Shown here piece after piece: positions 1 through 11,462 of a stretch of DNA of 64,000 nt. The notes below the pieces were generated by a model. The model searched no databases and was not told where the DNA came from. It saw nothing but the letters and a program-made list of their open reading frames with translations. A program made the position numbers and the translations under genes. This DNA comes from Podarcis tiliguerta (taxonomy: Eukaryota): assembly GCA_965153285.1 (NCBI GenBank), contig OZ229129.1; one strand, given 5' to 3'. The stretch's first letter is position 1. Each line of letters starts with the position of its first letter.

Positions 1-344
1 TTAAACAGGGCTCTGCAGTCTTTTGACTAGCCTCAGTGGCCAATACAAAAATATGTAGTTGCCAGGCCCATGCTCCTTTCACAAAAGTTGGGGTCTTGCC
101 TCCAACCTTCTGCTGTATCTCTAAAACAGGGGTGGGGACATGTGGCCCTCCAGATGTTCTTGGTCTCCAACTCCCATTAGCCCCAGGCAACGTAGCCAAT
201 GATCAAGGCCGGTGGGAGTTGGAGTCCCAGTAACATTTGGAGGGCCCCAGGTTTCCCATATAGATAAACTACAATCTTCTCCCCTCTGCAGTTCAAAGCT
301 TACGCCAATCGTCAGAGACTCTTCTCCATGTTCCCTTACCAAAT

Positions 345-1030
345 AATTTGAGGCTGGTGGTTACTAAGAAAAAGGCATTTAGCAATGGTGACAACGCTGG
401 TTTTGAAATGCCCTCCCCAAGAAGCTTGCTCGGCACCAATGCTGTGGCCTTTTAGGCATCAGGTGAAGTCCTTTTCATTTCCCCAGGCTTTTTAAGTGTT
501 TTTAGACCTTGGGAACTACTGGCTTGAACGCAGGTGGTGCTGTGGATTAAACCACAGAGCCTAGGGCTTGCCGATCAGAAGGTCGGCGGTTCGAATCCCT
601 GTGATGGGTTGAGCTCCCGTTGCTCGGTCCCTGCTCCTGCCAACCTAGCAGTTTGAAAGCACGTCAAAGTGCAAGTAGATAAATAGGTACCACCCCAGTG
701 GGAAGGTAAACAGTGTTTCCATGCGCTGCTCTGGTTCGCCAGAAGTGGCTTAGTCATGCTGGCCACAAGACCCGGAAGCTGTACACCAGCTCCCTTGGCC
801 AGTAAAGCGAGATGAGTGCCGCAACCCCAGAGTCGTTCACGACTGGACCTAACGGTCAGGGGTCCCTTTACCTTACCTTGGGAACCAATGGCTTGATTCT
901 GGTGCTCTTTTAGCTTGTGCCTGATGTTATGCTCCATGTAGCATTTTCTATACACTATGGCTTTGAAAAATCATGGCACACCACCCAGAGAACTTGTTAA
1001 TGGGTGGTAAAAAAGTACTGTAAATTAATC
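345..1030 (+). mobile_element. Degenerate L2 LINE 3' end, interrupted by a Sauria SINE
   Basis: Typical L2 3' wording (aaggcattt...tgccctccccaagaagctt...caggtgaag...caggcttttta) that resumes after the SINE with ccacccagagaac...gggtggta. Confidence 0.55.
526..879 (+). mobile_element. Sauria (Squam1) SINE, full length
   Basis: Head gtggtgctgtggattaaaccacagagcc...ggttcgaatccc (B box) and acctt-type tail. ~15-bp target duplication gggaactactggctt / gggaaccaatggctt. Confidence 0.9.
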
Positions 1031-2472
1031 AAAAATTTTAAATGTTGCAGAATCCACTTAACTCAGCACTTTTTAAATTCTCATAGAAACATACATCAAT
1101 GTATAGATCAGCCAACTTCATTTCACCTAGCAATTAGGAGAATTGTCGCAACTTTATCTGGATACCTGCAAGGAATAAGAAAACCTGTCCCCAGCAGAAA
1201 AGAATGTTGTGTAAGAACCCTGTTAGCATTCCAAGAGGTTCAGGAGAGGAGTCACAAGGATGGATTCAGATTAGGGCAAGTCAGTAATTGCAAGAAATTT
1301 CTAGAAAAGTTGCAAGTTTGCTGGCAGCTATACTACTGACTCTTCCTTGAATTATTAATTTCACTTCCACAGTGCAATGCTTATTCCCCTCCCCCCAGCA
1401 AAATATCTCAGCATATTGATGTGTTTATGATACTCATTGGATGTGCACAAGCACTGCTTTAGTAATTTTACTTAAAATTTGATAGTTTTCAGAACCCGAT
1501 GCAGTTAGGTGGGATATGTTAATCAAGGCTGCAACCCTAAATAAACTGAATTCCATTGAATCAATAAGAACTCATTCCTGCGTAAATACCTCTACAATGG
1601 TGCTGCAAAGCTGGGACTGTATCCCATTTACTTGCAAGCAAGAACTTGGTTTGCACAAAAGACTATACAGTATTTGTCATTTCCAAGGTATGGCAAACCT
1701 AATTTAAAGAGATTGCTGGAGTGCCAACTAGCCACCAAGGCTCCCTCATGCACTTTTAAGTTTAACCAAATTTTAAAATTATACCCATTTTGCAGAGACA
1801 TCAGTGAGTACTTTAACTGGGCCTCTCCCTACAGTACATGTATAAAGCTCCAAAAATATTCAATAGTCTAAATCTGAACTATTTTTGGCCATTAGTTAAT
1901 ATAATCATGCAACATCAAAGCATGGTTGATGTACGTAAAAAATCACAACAGTGGCACATTCATCATTATGCTATATCATATCTTCAGAAGACAAACAGAT
2001 GCCAGTTTGCCACCAGGTTCTATCATTGCTATCCAATCAATCAATTGTTTATGTTTATAGTTACAAATGTATGTCTGGGCCTTTTAATATAATGTAAGAA
2101 TGTGAATGATTTTACAGTAACTGTCGTCCCTGGTTTTATAACCACAAGACCAAACACACATTTGCAACTATAAGCATAGTGTGAAGAACCTGAGAAATCT
2201 TCAAAGGAATGACTAATCTGATTTAGCTAAGAGCACAGTATATATTGGCCAACAGGAATATGAGATAAACATCAGCAATGTTTGTTCTTTCCATGTAAAA
2301 AATGGATAGAGGAAGGTTGCAAGATAAACATCTGGCCCACCTTATTACATACACTATTATTCTAATACAGCTGCAAATTAATTCAGGACACTGTTACTAA
2401 ACCAAAGGTGATTTCAAAATATACACAAAATGCAATAACACATTCTAGTCCACCATCATTTTTATTATCATA

Positions 2473-2820
2473 AAAGGTAAAGGGACCCCTGACCATTAGG
2501 TCCAGTCATGACCGACTCTGGGGTTGCGGCACTCATCTCGCTTTACTGGCCGAGTGAGCCGGCGTACAACTTCCGGGTCATGTGGCCAGCATGACTAAGC
2601 AGCTTCTGGCGAACCAGAGCAGCGCATGGAAACACCGTTTACCTTCCCGCCAGAGCGGTACCTATTTATCTACTTGTACTTCGTGCTTTTGAACTGCTAG
2701 GTTGGCAGGAGCAGGGACCGAGCAATGGGAGCTCACCCCGTCACAGGGATTCAAACCGCCGACCTTCTGATCGACAAGTCCTAGGCTCTGTGGTTTAACA
2801 CACAGCGCCACCCGCGTCCC
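2473..2820 (-). mobile_element. Sauria (Squam1) SINE, full length
   Basis: Reverse complement of the 526-879 copy, flanked by tttttattatc on both sides. Confidence 0.9.
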
Positions 2821-3342
2821 TTTTTTATTATCTTTTATAATTTTATAATTATACAATTTTTTATAATTATTTTTTATTTTTATTATCATAGTGGGCAGTA
2901 TATTTAGATTTATATATTTACATATTTCTTTAAAAGGGAGATATTATTAGTCAATTGAAAATAACCTTTGAGGATGTTATTTTGGCCATCTTGCTACTAC
3001 TATCCATCTTTTCTGGCTCTGAAGAAAATCTCAGGAAGATATACCGGTAAAAATTACAGAGTCTTTCTACCCCTTCACAAAATGTGCAACACAGAGAACT
3101 CTTTTCTTCCAAATGGCAGCTTTTCAAAGAGTTTGCTGCTTTCAGTAACAGTGGAAATAATTTTGTTATTAGGAGAGGAGCCTTCAGGCAAGATGATGCT
3201 TTTACGGTTTCTCTTTTCCACTCCCATCAAGAAAGTAGGCAGAGGAACAGAGCCAGAGAGCAGAGCCCTAAGTCTTGCAAAGGCACGGGCAGCATGAAGA
3301 AGGTCCCAAATTCAAATTCCGGGTAGCACTTGGAAAGACATA

Positions 3343-3568
3343 CAGTAGTACCTCGGGTTAAGTACTTAATTCGTTCCAGAGGTCCATTCTTAACCTAAAA
3401 CTGGTCTTAACCTGAAGCACCACTTTAGCTAATGGGGCCTCCTGCTGCTGCCGTGCCGCCGGAGCACGATTTCTGTTCTCATCCTGAAGCAAAGTTCTTA
3501 ACCCGAGGTACTATTTCTGGGTTAGCGGAGTCTGTAACCTGAAGCGTATGTAACCCAAGGTACCACTG
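3343..3568 (+). mobile_element. Tc1/mariner (Tigger/pogo-like) MITE, family A
   Basis: TIR cagt(g/a)gtacctcgggtta...taacccaaggtaccactg with TA on both sides; inserted in an old tRNA-derived SINE. Confidence 0.88.
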
Positions 3569-3744
3569 TACTTCTGTCCAAGACCAGGAAAAGCCACCAC
3601 TGAGCTAGACGGATCAACACTCTAGCTCAGTTGGAAAAGCTCTTCCTAACCTGGTACTAAGAGACAATTTGTGCAAGATTTTTGATATAACATAAGGTAT
3701 ACATTTTAGCCCCACAGGCTGGGGAAGCGAACCACCGTGTCCTG

Positions 3745-3850
3745 AAAAGCCTGGGCTCAAGTCCTACCTCTGCCACAAACTCAAGTGTGCAACCCTGGGC
3801 CCTATGTTTCGGCTTCAGCATTCCCCATCTGTAAAATGGGCATTAACAGC
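3745..3850 (+). mobile_element. Ancient CORE/MIR-like SINE fragment
   Basis: gggctcaagtcctacctctgcc...cttcagcattccccatctgtaaaatggg core motif. Confidence 0.55.
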
Positions 3851-5219
3851 AAACCTGAGCACCGCATGTTGCAACTCAGTGCCAGCTGCTGGGGACCTGG
3901 TGGGGCAGCCAAGAGTGGAGCCAGACGTGGTACCCATTGGTTTTCTCTCCATCCTCCTCCCTCACCAAAGATTCTGTGGGTACTTAAGCAGTGCTTCAGT
4001 AAAAAAAAAAATTACCGCCTCCCCGACCCTCATGGCTGCAAATGAAAGAATACTATATAAAAAGCAAGAAGTAGCTGGTGTGGCATTAAATAAAATCATA
4101 TTTTGCTCTAAGCATCACACATACATACTTGTTCTAACATATTTTCAAAACCCAGTAGGACACAACGCACTCCCTCAACTTGGTTAGCAGAAGCATCCTC
4201 TGGAAAGACAAGTGGGAAGCCTAAGCCGCTGCTCTTCAGGAGTGTCTCACACCCTGAGGCCCCGGGGAAAGAGAGATGATCCTCTCCATGTCCAGACAGC
4301 GGGCTTCCGATGGAAGCGCTCAGGAGTTCTGAGTGAAGCTGAACTAATTTCTTCTTTGTGCTAAAACCTCACAAATGGAGCTAAACACACAGCAGCATGG
4401 GGTGGGGGGGGGGTGTTCCTCTGCATGGAGTCCCTCCAACTCACCAATTCACTTTCACATACGTTAATTTAAAAGGGGGTCGGCGGGAAAGGAGGGCAGC
4501 CACAAATCAACCTCAAGGGAGCTAGACAAAACTATACATGTCTTTGTTTGATATAGACATTCCCCGTGAAGAGGGCGAGAGCTACGGTGGAAGAGGAAGG
4601 GGCGAGATAAGAAAACCACGCTGCAGCCACCTGAAGGAGAGGCACTTGAGCCGGAAGGGAAACAGCCGCAGCCCCCCTACCCTAATCAGCTCCTTGGATA
4701 TTCTCCCCCAAAAAACAAAGCTGTTCTATAATAATGATGATGATGATAAGTTCGTGCTCCACTCTCAACAGGTATTTAAGCGGCTGCAAATAAAAAGTTT
4801 GGGCCATCTGCTGGAAAAGCAACGTAAGGCTCAGCTAATTAGTGAAAGAAATTCAGGAGTAGCCTTGAAGGCAACGTGGGTCCCCGCTCGCCCTCCCCAT
4901 TTTCCGCGGCCGGGAAATGAGGCAGGGGAGAGAGATAAGAGTCTCCCCCCCACCCACACGGGGATTACGAAGGTAGCGCACAGGGTCATTCCCAAGGTTC
5001 CCCCCCCCTCGCTCATCCGGCCTCTGAAACACATGGCCATTTCCAAAGCAACAACAATCAAGGTCGCCCTATTTTGAAACCGAGGCTTTTTACATTAAAA
5101 AAAAAAGACCTACAGCGTAGTGCCCACGCCAAGGACTTCATTTACCAAGGACTATAAATACGAGGTGATTTTTCCTCCGGGAGCTCACACAGCCACAGGC
5201 AAACCAACCTGAGGCTGCT

Positions 5220-5830
5220 TCTCCCACTCCGCCACCCTCTTCCCGCGGCTCCCGCTCGGCTTCTTCCCCCGGAGGAGAGCAGCTCGGAGCACCCACCGCA
5301 GCTCCGGCGTCCTGGCTCCAGAGACCCAGCAGCAGCAAGAGCACCAGCAGCGGCGGCGGCGTTGGCGGCAGCAGGCAGTTGGCCCTCGGGCTCAGCTTCA
5401 TTCTCCTCCTCCTCCTCCCTTCCTCAGCAGTCTCGCAGGCTCCCGGGCTGGTCCTTCGGAGCTGACATGGTCTTCGCAAAAAAAGGGGGAAAAAGGGAAG
5501 GAAGGGAAAGAAGGTGGTGGGGGCAGAGGGGGAGAGAAGGTTGGGCTGGGTTGGGCTAAGGCGAGCCGAGGCGAGCGGTGCGCCCGCCCGCTTGTCCTGT
5601 CCCCTCCCCCTCGGTCTCTGCAAACCCGCTCGCCTTTCTGTGCAGACTTGCAGACTTGTCCGCGCTCCAAAAAAAAAGTAAAAAAAAAAAGTGTGGGGGA
5701 AAAAGAAAAGAAAAGCCGCTCTCCCGGGACTACTTTGTCCCCAAAAAAAGGCACTCTGGGATTCATCCGCCGCACTCCTTGGCTGGTTGAGGAAGCCTCC
5801 CAGCGAATGGCCGTGATGGTTAAGATTAAG
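5220..5830. promoter_or_regulatory. CpG island / COL4A5-proximal half of the bidirectional promoter
   Basis: High GC and CpG density, GC boxes cgcccgcccgc at 5581-5591, CTC-box-like CCCTCCCCC at 5602-5610 (motif type known from collagen IV promoters), (GGA)n run in the 5' UTR. Confidence 0.75.
5297..5401 (-). CDS. COL4A5: Collagen type IV alpha-5 chain, coding part of exon 1 (signal peptide, 35 aa MKLSPRANCLLPPTPPPLLVLLLLLGLWSQDAGAA)
   Basis: ATG at 5401 with A at -3, in a CpG island. Hydrophobic core and ending LGLWSQDAGAA align with human COL4A5 exon 1 [27 protein letters not shown]. A phase-0 donor GCG|GTGGGT follows exactly after the Ala-Ala, as in human. Head-to-head with a COL4A6-like gene. 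Confidence 0.88.
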
Positions 5831-5977
5831 GGGCTGTTCTTGAAATAGGTGTTGTGTGACGGTTTATTTCTTTTCTTTTTTTCAGGCTCAGAGTCATTCC
5901 AGGTAAGCCACCACGAAATAAAAAGTTCAGGTTTTCAAGAGCATTAATGTTCTTTTTCTCTCTCCCTCTCACACACG

Positions 5978-7140
5978 CAGGGTTCGTGTTCCAACTAAAT
6001 TTTACTCAGATGGGTCCCACTGAAACTTACGGATTTGTGTTAGTCGTTTCTGTGTGTTGCAGTGGTTCTCCTCTGTATAAAAAGCAGCATCAGATACAAC
6101 CCGCAGAGTTTGTTTGTGTGTGTATTTGATTGACACTTGATTGGCAGAAGCGGCAAGGTGTGTTTAAACCCCAAATCTGAAAGGGTATCTTTGTGCGCAA
6201 CCCCCCGTCCTCCCGAGGCGGCGGCAGGTGGGAAGGTGCTCTAGAAAAGAAAAGGGGGGAATAGGTAAGAAAATTGGGTAGGGGGCGGGATTCAGATCAG
6301 ACCCTTTTGGGAAGTTCTCAGACTTAACCACCACAAGTGTCCTGAGAGACTTACGCTCAATCCTAACCATACTGATCCTATTGAATTCAGTGAGGCTTAC
6401 TCCCAGGTAGACTTGGTTAGGGCCTCAGTCAACATGCTTAGGGGCGGGCACATGGCTGCATCCTTACTCGGGAGCAAGTAAGCTTTCTGATGCACCCTTG
6501 TGATCGGTCTGCTGCTTTCGGCATCCCTTGGCTGCCTATGGAAAGCGGAAAGTGAGTGGTTCTGTATGGACCGTTTAGGATTACAGCCTAGTCCCATTGA
6601 ACTAACTGAGGCTTACTATTTGCGCGGTAAACTTGCGTAGGGTTGCGCTGTAAGTCTTTGAAACTGGATGCCAGCTCTGAATTGAGAAGGAAAAAATAGG
6701 GAGATAAATTTTTGATTGCATTTAACTCCCCAAGATACAATCAGGTTCCAAACCCATGCAAACGTGCAGAACAACTTCAGTGAAAAAAATTCTCAGGAGA
6801 ATCACAGGTATGAGATACCTCGGAACCTCCAGTGGGCTTGATAAGAGTTCAGAGTTGGACTTCTGTGTCACACCTGTTTGATTCGGTTCCCTAGTTGAGA
6901 TGCGTGCGTGTAATTGTGCGATCCTATGCAATTGCACTCGAAGCACGGGGTGCTAATTTCAATGGAACTATTAGTCTGCTTCCCTGAGAGTAGTAAATTG
7001 CCGCGCAATCCTAACCATGTCTACTCAGAAGTAAGTTCTATTGAATTAAGTGGGGCTTACTCGCAGGTCAGTGGTGTTTGGATTGCAACCTAAGCCACAC
7101 GGAATTAAGTGAGCCTTGCGTCCATGTGAACGTGAATAGG
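5978..7140. repeat. Cluster of degenerate ~85-120 bp palindromic MITEs (PIF/Harbinger-like)
   Basis: Repeated gcaatccta...actc..aagtaag..ctattgaa....tggggcttactc...ggattgca units at ~6355, 6454, 6575, 6915 and 7003, plus a gggtt...caaccc palindrome at 5978-6102. Related copies at ~1545, 8030-8190, 8455-8540, 10945, 37235 and 58468. Confidence 0.6.
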
Positions 7141-7189
7141 AGTTAATTGTTTTCTTTAGAAAATAAAATAAAATAAGCAAATGTGAGGG

Positions 7190-7850
7190 TATGGTCTCCG
7201 CTGCGCGCGCGGGCGCATTGTTGGTTACCTACATTTGGTCTGGGATCACCTGAGTGCTCTGGTTATCTCAGATCAAAAGCAGGTGCCCAGCACAACTTCG
7301 GAATGATGAACATAGCACAGAAACGGAAGATCAGCAAATCCAAGTTTATTCATTTATCCTTTTTTCTGACTTTGGGGGAAAGAAAGGATGGGGGAGGAGA
7401 GGGAGAGAGTTTGATGCGGATCTGCGGCTGCCTACTTGGCTGATTGACAGTCGTGGGCCCGCCCCCTAGCCGTCTCCATTCCTCGCCCGACGCCGCGCTG
7501 CCGCGGCCGTTTTGCTGGGGAATTCTCGCTTGCGCGCTCTTTGATCAGGATTCGTGCACCTTACGCGGGTAATGTTTCCCCCCCGGAGGCGGGACCAAGA
7601 TCTTCCCGTAGCCTAACTGATCGGTAGCAGCACGGTCGGCCCTTCCTGCCCACTCCCCCCCAAAATCCCAAACTTTGTTGTCATGCTGTCTTAACCTGGC
7701 TGCCTTCTTTCCCACAGACCGGGGGGCCGGGCGCCGTGAGCAACCCGAGGAACTGAGTTCTCCAGCGGGAGCGAAGCAGTTTCTTTGCCGGCCACGCTGC
7801 ACCATGCGCGCTGGGTGAGTTTCTGGGGAAGGGCGGCCGGTGGGGGTGAT
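7190..7850 (+). promoter_or_regulatory. CpG island / COL4A6-proximal promoter
   Basis: CpG-rich. PBX-PREP/MEIS decamer TGATTGACAG at 7441-7450, Sp1 GC box cccgcccc at 7458-7465, GCGC-rich NRF1-like words. No TATA box seen. Confidence 0.75.
7804..7814 (+). CDS. COL4A6: Collagen type IV alpha-6 chain, first coding exon (ATG CGC GCT GG, MRAG); whole exon 7718-7814
   Basis: Kozak context gcaccATG, 11 coding nt, then a strong phase-2 donor TGG|GTGAGT at 7815. Corresponds to the MHPG exon of mammalian COL4A6 and joins in frame to 7933-7984. Confidence 0.85.
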
Positions 7851-7932
7851 GCTACCTTGACTTTAATCAAATGTAACTTGGTGGAGTCTCTGTTACAACT
7901 TTAATTAATTTTTGGTCCTTTACCCCGTGCAG

Positions 7933-7984
7933 GCTGGTTGCGTTCCTTGTTGCTTTCTGCCTGACTCCAGATTCTGTGAATGGG
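7933..7984 (+). CDS. COL4A6: Collagen type IV alpha-6 chain, second coding exon (52 nt, (G)LVAFLVAFCLTPDSVNG)
   Basis: Acceptor ttggtcctttaccccgtgcag and consensus donor GGG|GTAAGT at 7985. The 17 residues are collinear with human LWLLLVTLCLTEELAAA (shared L...LV..CLT). 11+52 nt gives a 21-aa signal peptide ending in phase 0. Confidence 0.88.
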
Positions 7985-10165
7985 GTAAGTGTTCCCAGAC
8001 AATCTCAAAACACATTCTAATCCTGCGCATTTATTTTCCTGAGTCAGAATACACACAACATTGGGGCCTCCTCTCAGGTAAAAATGTGTCCAGTTGATAC
8101 TTAATGTGAACTGGGTGCACACTTACCACAGAGTAAGCTCTGTTAAACTTGATGCAATTTAGTTCCAAGTAAATGTTTGTTGGCTGTATGCCCTAATTCG
8201 GGGAAATAATGCATACTCAGTGTCTACTCCAGAGTAGGGTGCTGGATGATAACATCAGTGTCCATGATGCTGTAAATGAACTAGTAGAAATGGTAGTGAG
8301 ACTTATTCTTGTATGGGATGGCAGCATGATGGTTGCACTTCATTTAAAACCCCTGCTGCATTTTCTGTAATAACTGGGGTGCTTTGTATGTGGATTGTGG
8401 AGTTTGGGCCTGGAACATGAGGGTCTGTGGATGCCAAAACACAGGGACACTACATGCAGTAAATGTCCTATGCATCTTTTGTATATTTACTCAAAAGCTT
8501 ACTTGATTCCCAAGTAAGCATTGTAGAGAAGTGCAACCCCTTACTGGTGTCTATTTTTTACTTGTGGTACTTAAAGTAAAACTTCTCTGTCCTTGAACAC
8601 ATGTGCTATATATAAAATTGCAAAGTTGGGAAGCCACGTACTGGAATGATAAATAAAACCAATTAGTTTTTGAGCCCTTCATCACATTTTCTTCTTTCCT
8701 CTGGGGTGGTCTTCAGAACTCTTTGAAAGTTTGGGTTTATGCATCTATGGAGGGTATTGTAAGAACATAAGCCAAAGTCATGGCCAAGGTAAACCGCATT
8801 TACCATCCATTTAGGTTTGGAAGCAGTTACTGCTTCTAAAGAGAATGGGATGAGGATGCTTAAGCCTCCTTTTCTCTCTATTCTAGACTGCACTCTGTGC
8901 AAGCTCAGAAGCACTCTTTGCAAAGGGGCTGGGCTGACTTTCCTGCTGAACTATGGCTCCTTGCTTTTTAAAGTTAGCCCTTATAAACTGTCCCTTTACG
9001 GGTGGTGCACTGTGCAGCTATAAGCAGGGGGCTATAGGGGGCCATGTGATGAAAACTGCATTTAGGGCTCCTGTCAAAGAGAGGCTGTGTACACACAATA
9101 CATTTAAAGCACATGGCCTGCCCCAAAGGATCCTAGAATCTGTGTTTTTTAAGGGTGCAGGGAACTGTGGTCGTATGAGGGGGAAACAACAGTTCCCATG
9201 ATTCATTGGGGCAAGTCATGTGCCTTAGATGTGTGGTGTTCTGTGTAGGCTTAGGTCCTTAGGAGCAGGCCTGTTGGTAGCTTTATGCTGATCACAAGTT
9301 CTAGAGTTCAGGGACAGGACTTCTTAAAGCCTCTGAGAAGCATGAGAGCTAAATGTCTTCTTGAGATTCCCTTCCTACGCTTAGAGTCATAGAATCGTAG
9401 ACTCCTAGTGTTGGAAGGAATTCCAAAGGTCATTTAATCCAACGACTTGCAATGCAGTTAGAATGTATAGTTTGTCAATGTTGATATGACTTGGTTCATT
9501 GTGGGGCCTGGGGACATTTCTGGTGCTATACTGTGGCTCAAATTAAGCCCTCTTTGTGTTATGCAACATATGCAGAACAGACAATATCTACACTGGACTG
9601 GGAAAATGCTTTGTGATGCCACAGGTCTTTTTGTTGTATATGTCAAATTAGTTTGCTTTGTAAGGGCAGTAATTCCAGACTGTGCTCATCTGAAACATAG
9701 GTTTTTGTACCACCACCAGCTGTTGGTTGAATATTGTTTTTGAATATTAATATAAAGTGCTTCTTACTTGTCTAAATGCCCCTTCGCAAAAGTTCCCATA
9801 TGGCAAAAGCCCTCGTTTTACAAGTGCTTTTGTTAGTGCTGCAGTGCTTAATTGTGTTAGATTCATTAACACTTTCTTGGTTGAGTTAAAAAAAGGTGAC
9901 ATGGGTGTTTGTGAGGGGAGGGTAGTCCTCCCATGAGTCATAATCTCCAGATACTCAGCTTTCATTAAAGCGCAAGAGAAATAAAGTTTATAGCACGTGT
10001 AGAACCTAAGATGATAAAAGGTTTCCAGGTAATTAGGCAGCAGATTGAAAACAATATATGTGCCTTTTAGTATAAGTGCTGATGAAAATCACACCATTCT
10101 CACGGGGGGGGGGGGGCAGATACAAAAGAAGACAGGGCTCCAGAGGGAATTTAGTAGGTGTAGAA

Positions 10166-10301
10166 CAGTGTTTCCCTGACTTGGGTCTCCTGCTGTTTTT
10201 GGACTTCAGTTCCCATCACCCCTGACCACTAGTCCTGCTAGCTAGGGATTATGGGAGTTGTAGTCCAAAAGCAGCTGGCGACCCATGTTTCAGAAACACT
10301 G
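10166..10301. mobile_element. Palindromic hAT MITE (ACTACAACTCCC family)
   Basis: TIR cagtgtttc...gaaacactg, perfect 8-bp TSD gtgtagaa, fold-back body. Confidence 0.88.
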
Positions 10302-11462
10302 GTGTAGAACATCTATCAAAGGTGCCTACCTTCTTTTGCATCTGGCTACCCTTACTTTAAAAGAGGGGTCTTCCCATATCTCATGGCCAGGAAAGGATAA
10401 CTCTTAAGAGGATGCTTGTGATATGGTGCCTGTACATGATTTATCTAGAACAAAGTAGGGGTTTTTTTAATTCTTCAGAGCTATTGTTGTTTACTTACAT
10501 ACAAGTTTTAAACTATGTATAAATCTTTTGTTGGACTAACAGGTGTATAAATTTTGTTAAAGTAAGAAAAAACACAACGTATTTTCAACTGGAAAAAAGT
10601 AACTGTGATTCCAAGCTTTAATGACTTACAGCCAAGGGTATAAACCAGGTGTTCACAAAACAGTGTTTAACACACTAATCCAGGTATCGCTATGGATTCG
10701 TGGTTGAAGATGGAAGATGGCACGTCTGTTGCTTCAACTAAATTGATATTTAGTTGTCCTTTTTATTCCCTCGTTGTGTTTTATATTAAAACACAACAGG
10801 AGCAATAAAAAGACAGTTAAAAATCATCTAGCATCTGACAGAGTACATTCATATTTATGCAACAGGAAGAAGAATCCTTATGTGGTCCACCATGACACTC
10901 AGCAAAAATCAAGTGGTCTGTAGAGAAATATGTTTGGGAACCCCTGCTGTAATCCTAACTCTACTTATCTGGTAGTGAGCCCCATTGAATTTACGATTAT
11001 ATGCATGCTTAGGATTGCACTATAAATGTTGGGTGTTTCGTAGGACTGGGGTGAAAAAGCTAAGTAGCCAAACTCTCTAGTTGTGTATCAAGGTTCATAC
11101 TGTCAAGTTATGCAGATGACACTTTTCAGTTAGCATTGTTCAGTAGCTCTTGTGTTTCCATCCCCTGTTTTCTGCAACATAAGTTGGGCCAGACCAGTGA
11201 TTTCCCCAAAGGGTAGTTTCTAAATGACCCAAATGTGTCAAATTACTTAACTTGGATCAGTACTGTACCTGGGATAATTGGGTCGGCTCCTTAATTTGCA
11301 GAAAAACTGATCCACTTGTCTTGCCAGCTGTTTTGGGTTTAATCAGTTGTGACTCACTTCCAGGTTACAGTGCTTTAGGGTAATGGTGCTAGATTGTGAG
11401 CATTGGCTTATTTCTATCCCGGCCCATACACTGAAAGCCTTAACTGTTCTTTCCAGGAAGTA

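Larger units (their letters stand above)
1..5296 (-). other. COL4A5: COL4A5 intron 1 (5' part; continues beyond the window start)
   Basis: Begins at the GTGGGT donor at 5296. No exon-2-like sequence (ACYGCSPGSKCDC-type) seen; content is repeats. Confidence 0.75.

Noticed and set aside
1127-3018. Exon-like segments on the - strand (1127-1165 and 2966-3018)
   Set aside because: Splice-like flanks, but the peptides (YPDKVATILLIA; PEKMDSSSKMAKITSSK) do not resemble COL4A5 exon 2 and the phases do not fit the phase-0 donor.
4538-5077. 179-aa + strand ORF antisense to COL4A5 intron 1
   Set aside because: No recognisable domain; lies on the GC-rich island shore where open frames arise by chance.
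5138-5623. 161-aa ORF as a stand-alone gene (resemblances to SUMF1, NECTIN3 or sulfatase N-termini)
   Set aside because: The matches are low-complexity only. The COL4A5 signal-peptide ending, the donor at the expected position and the COL4A6 partner explain it better.
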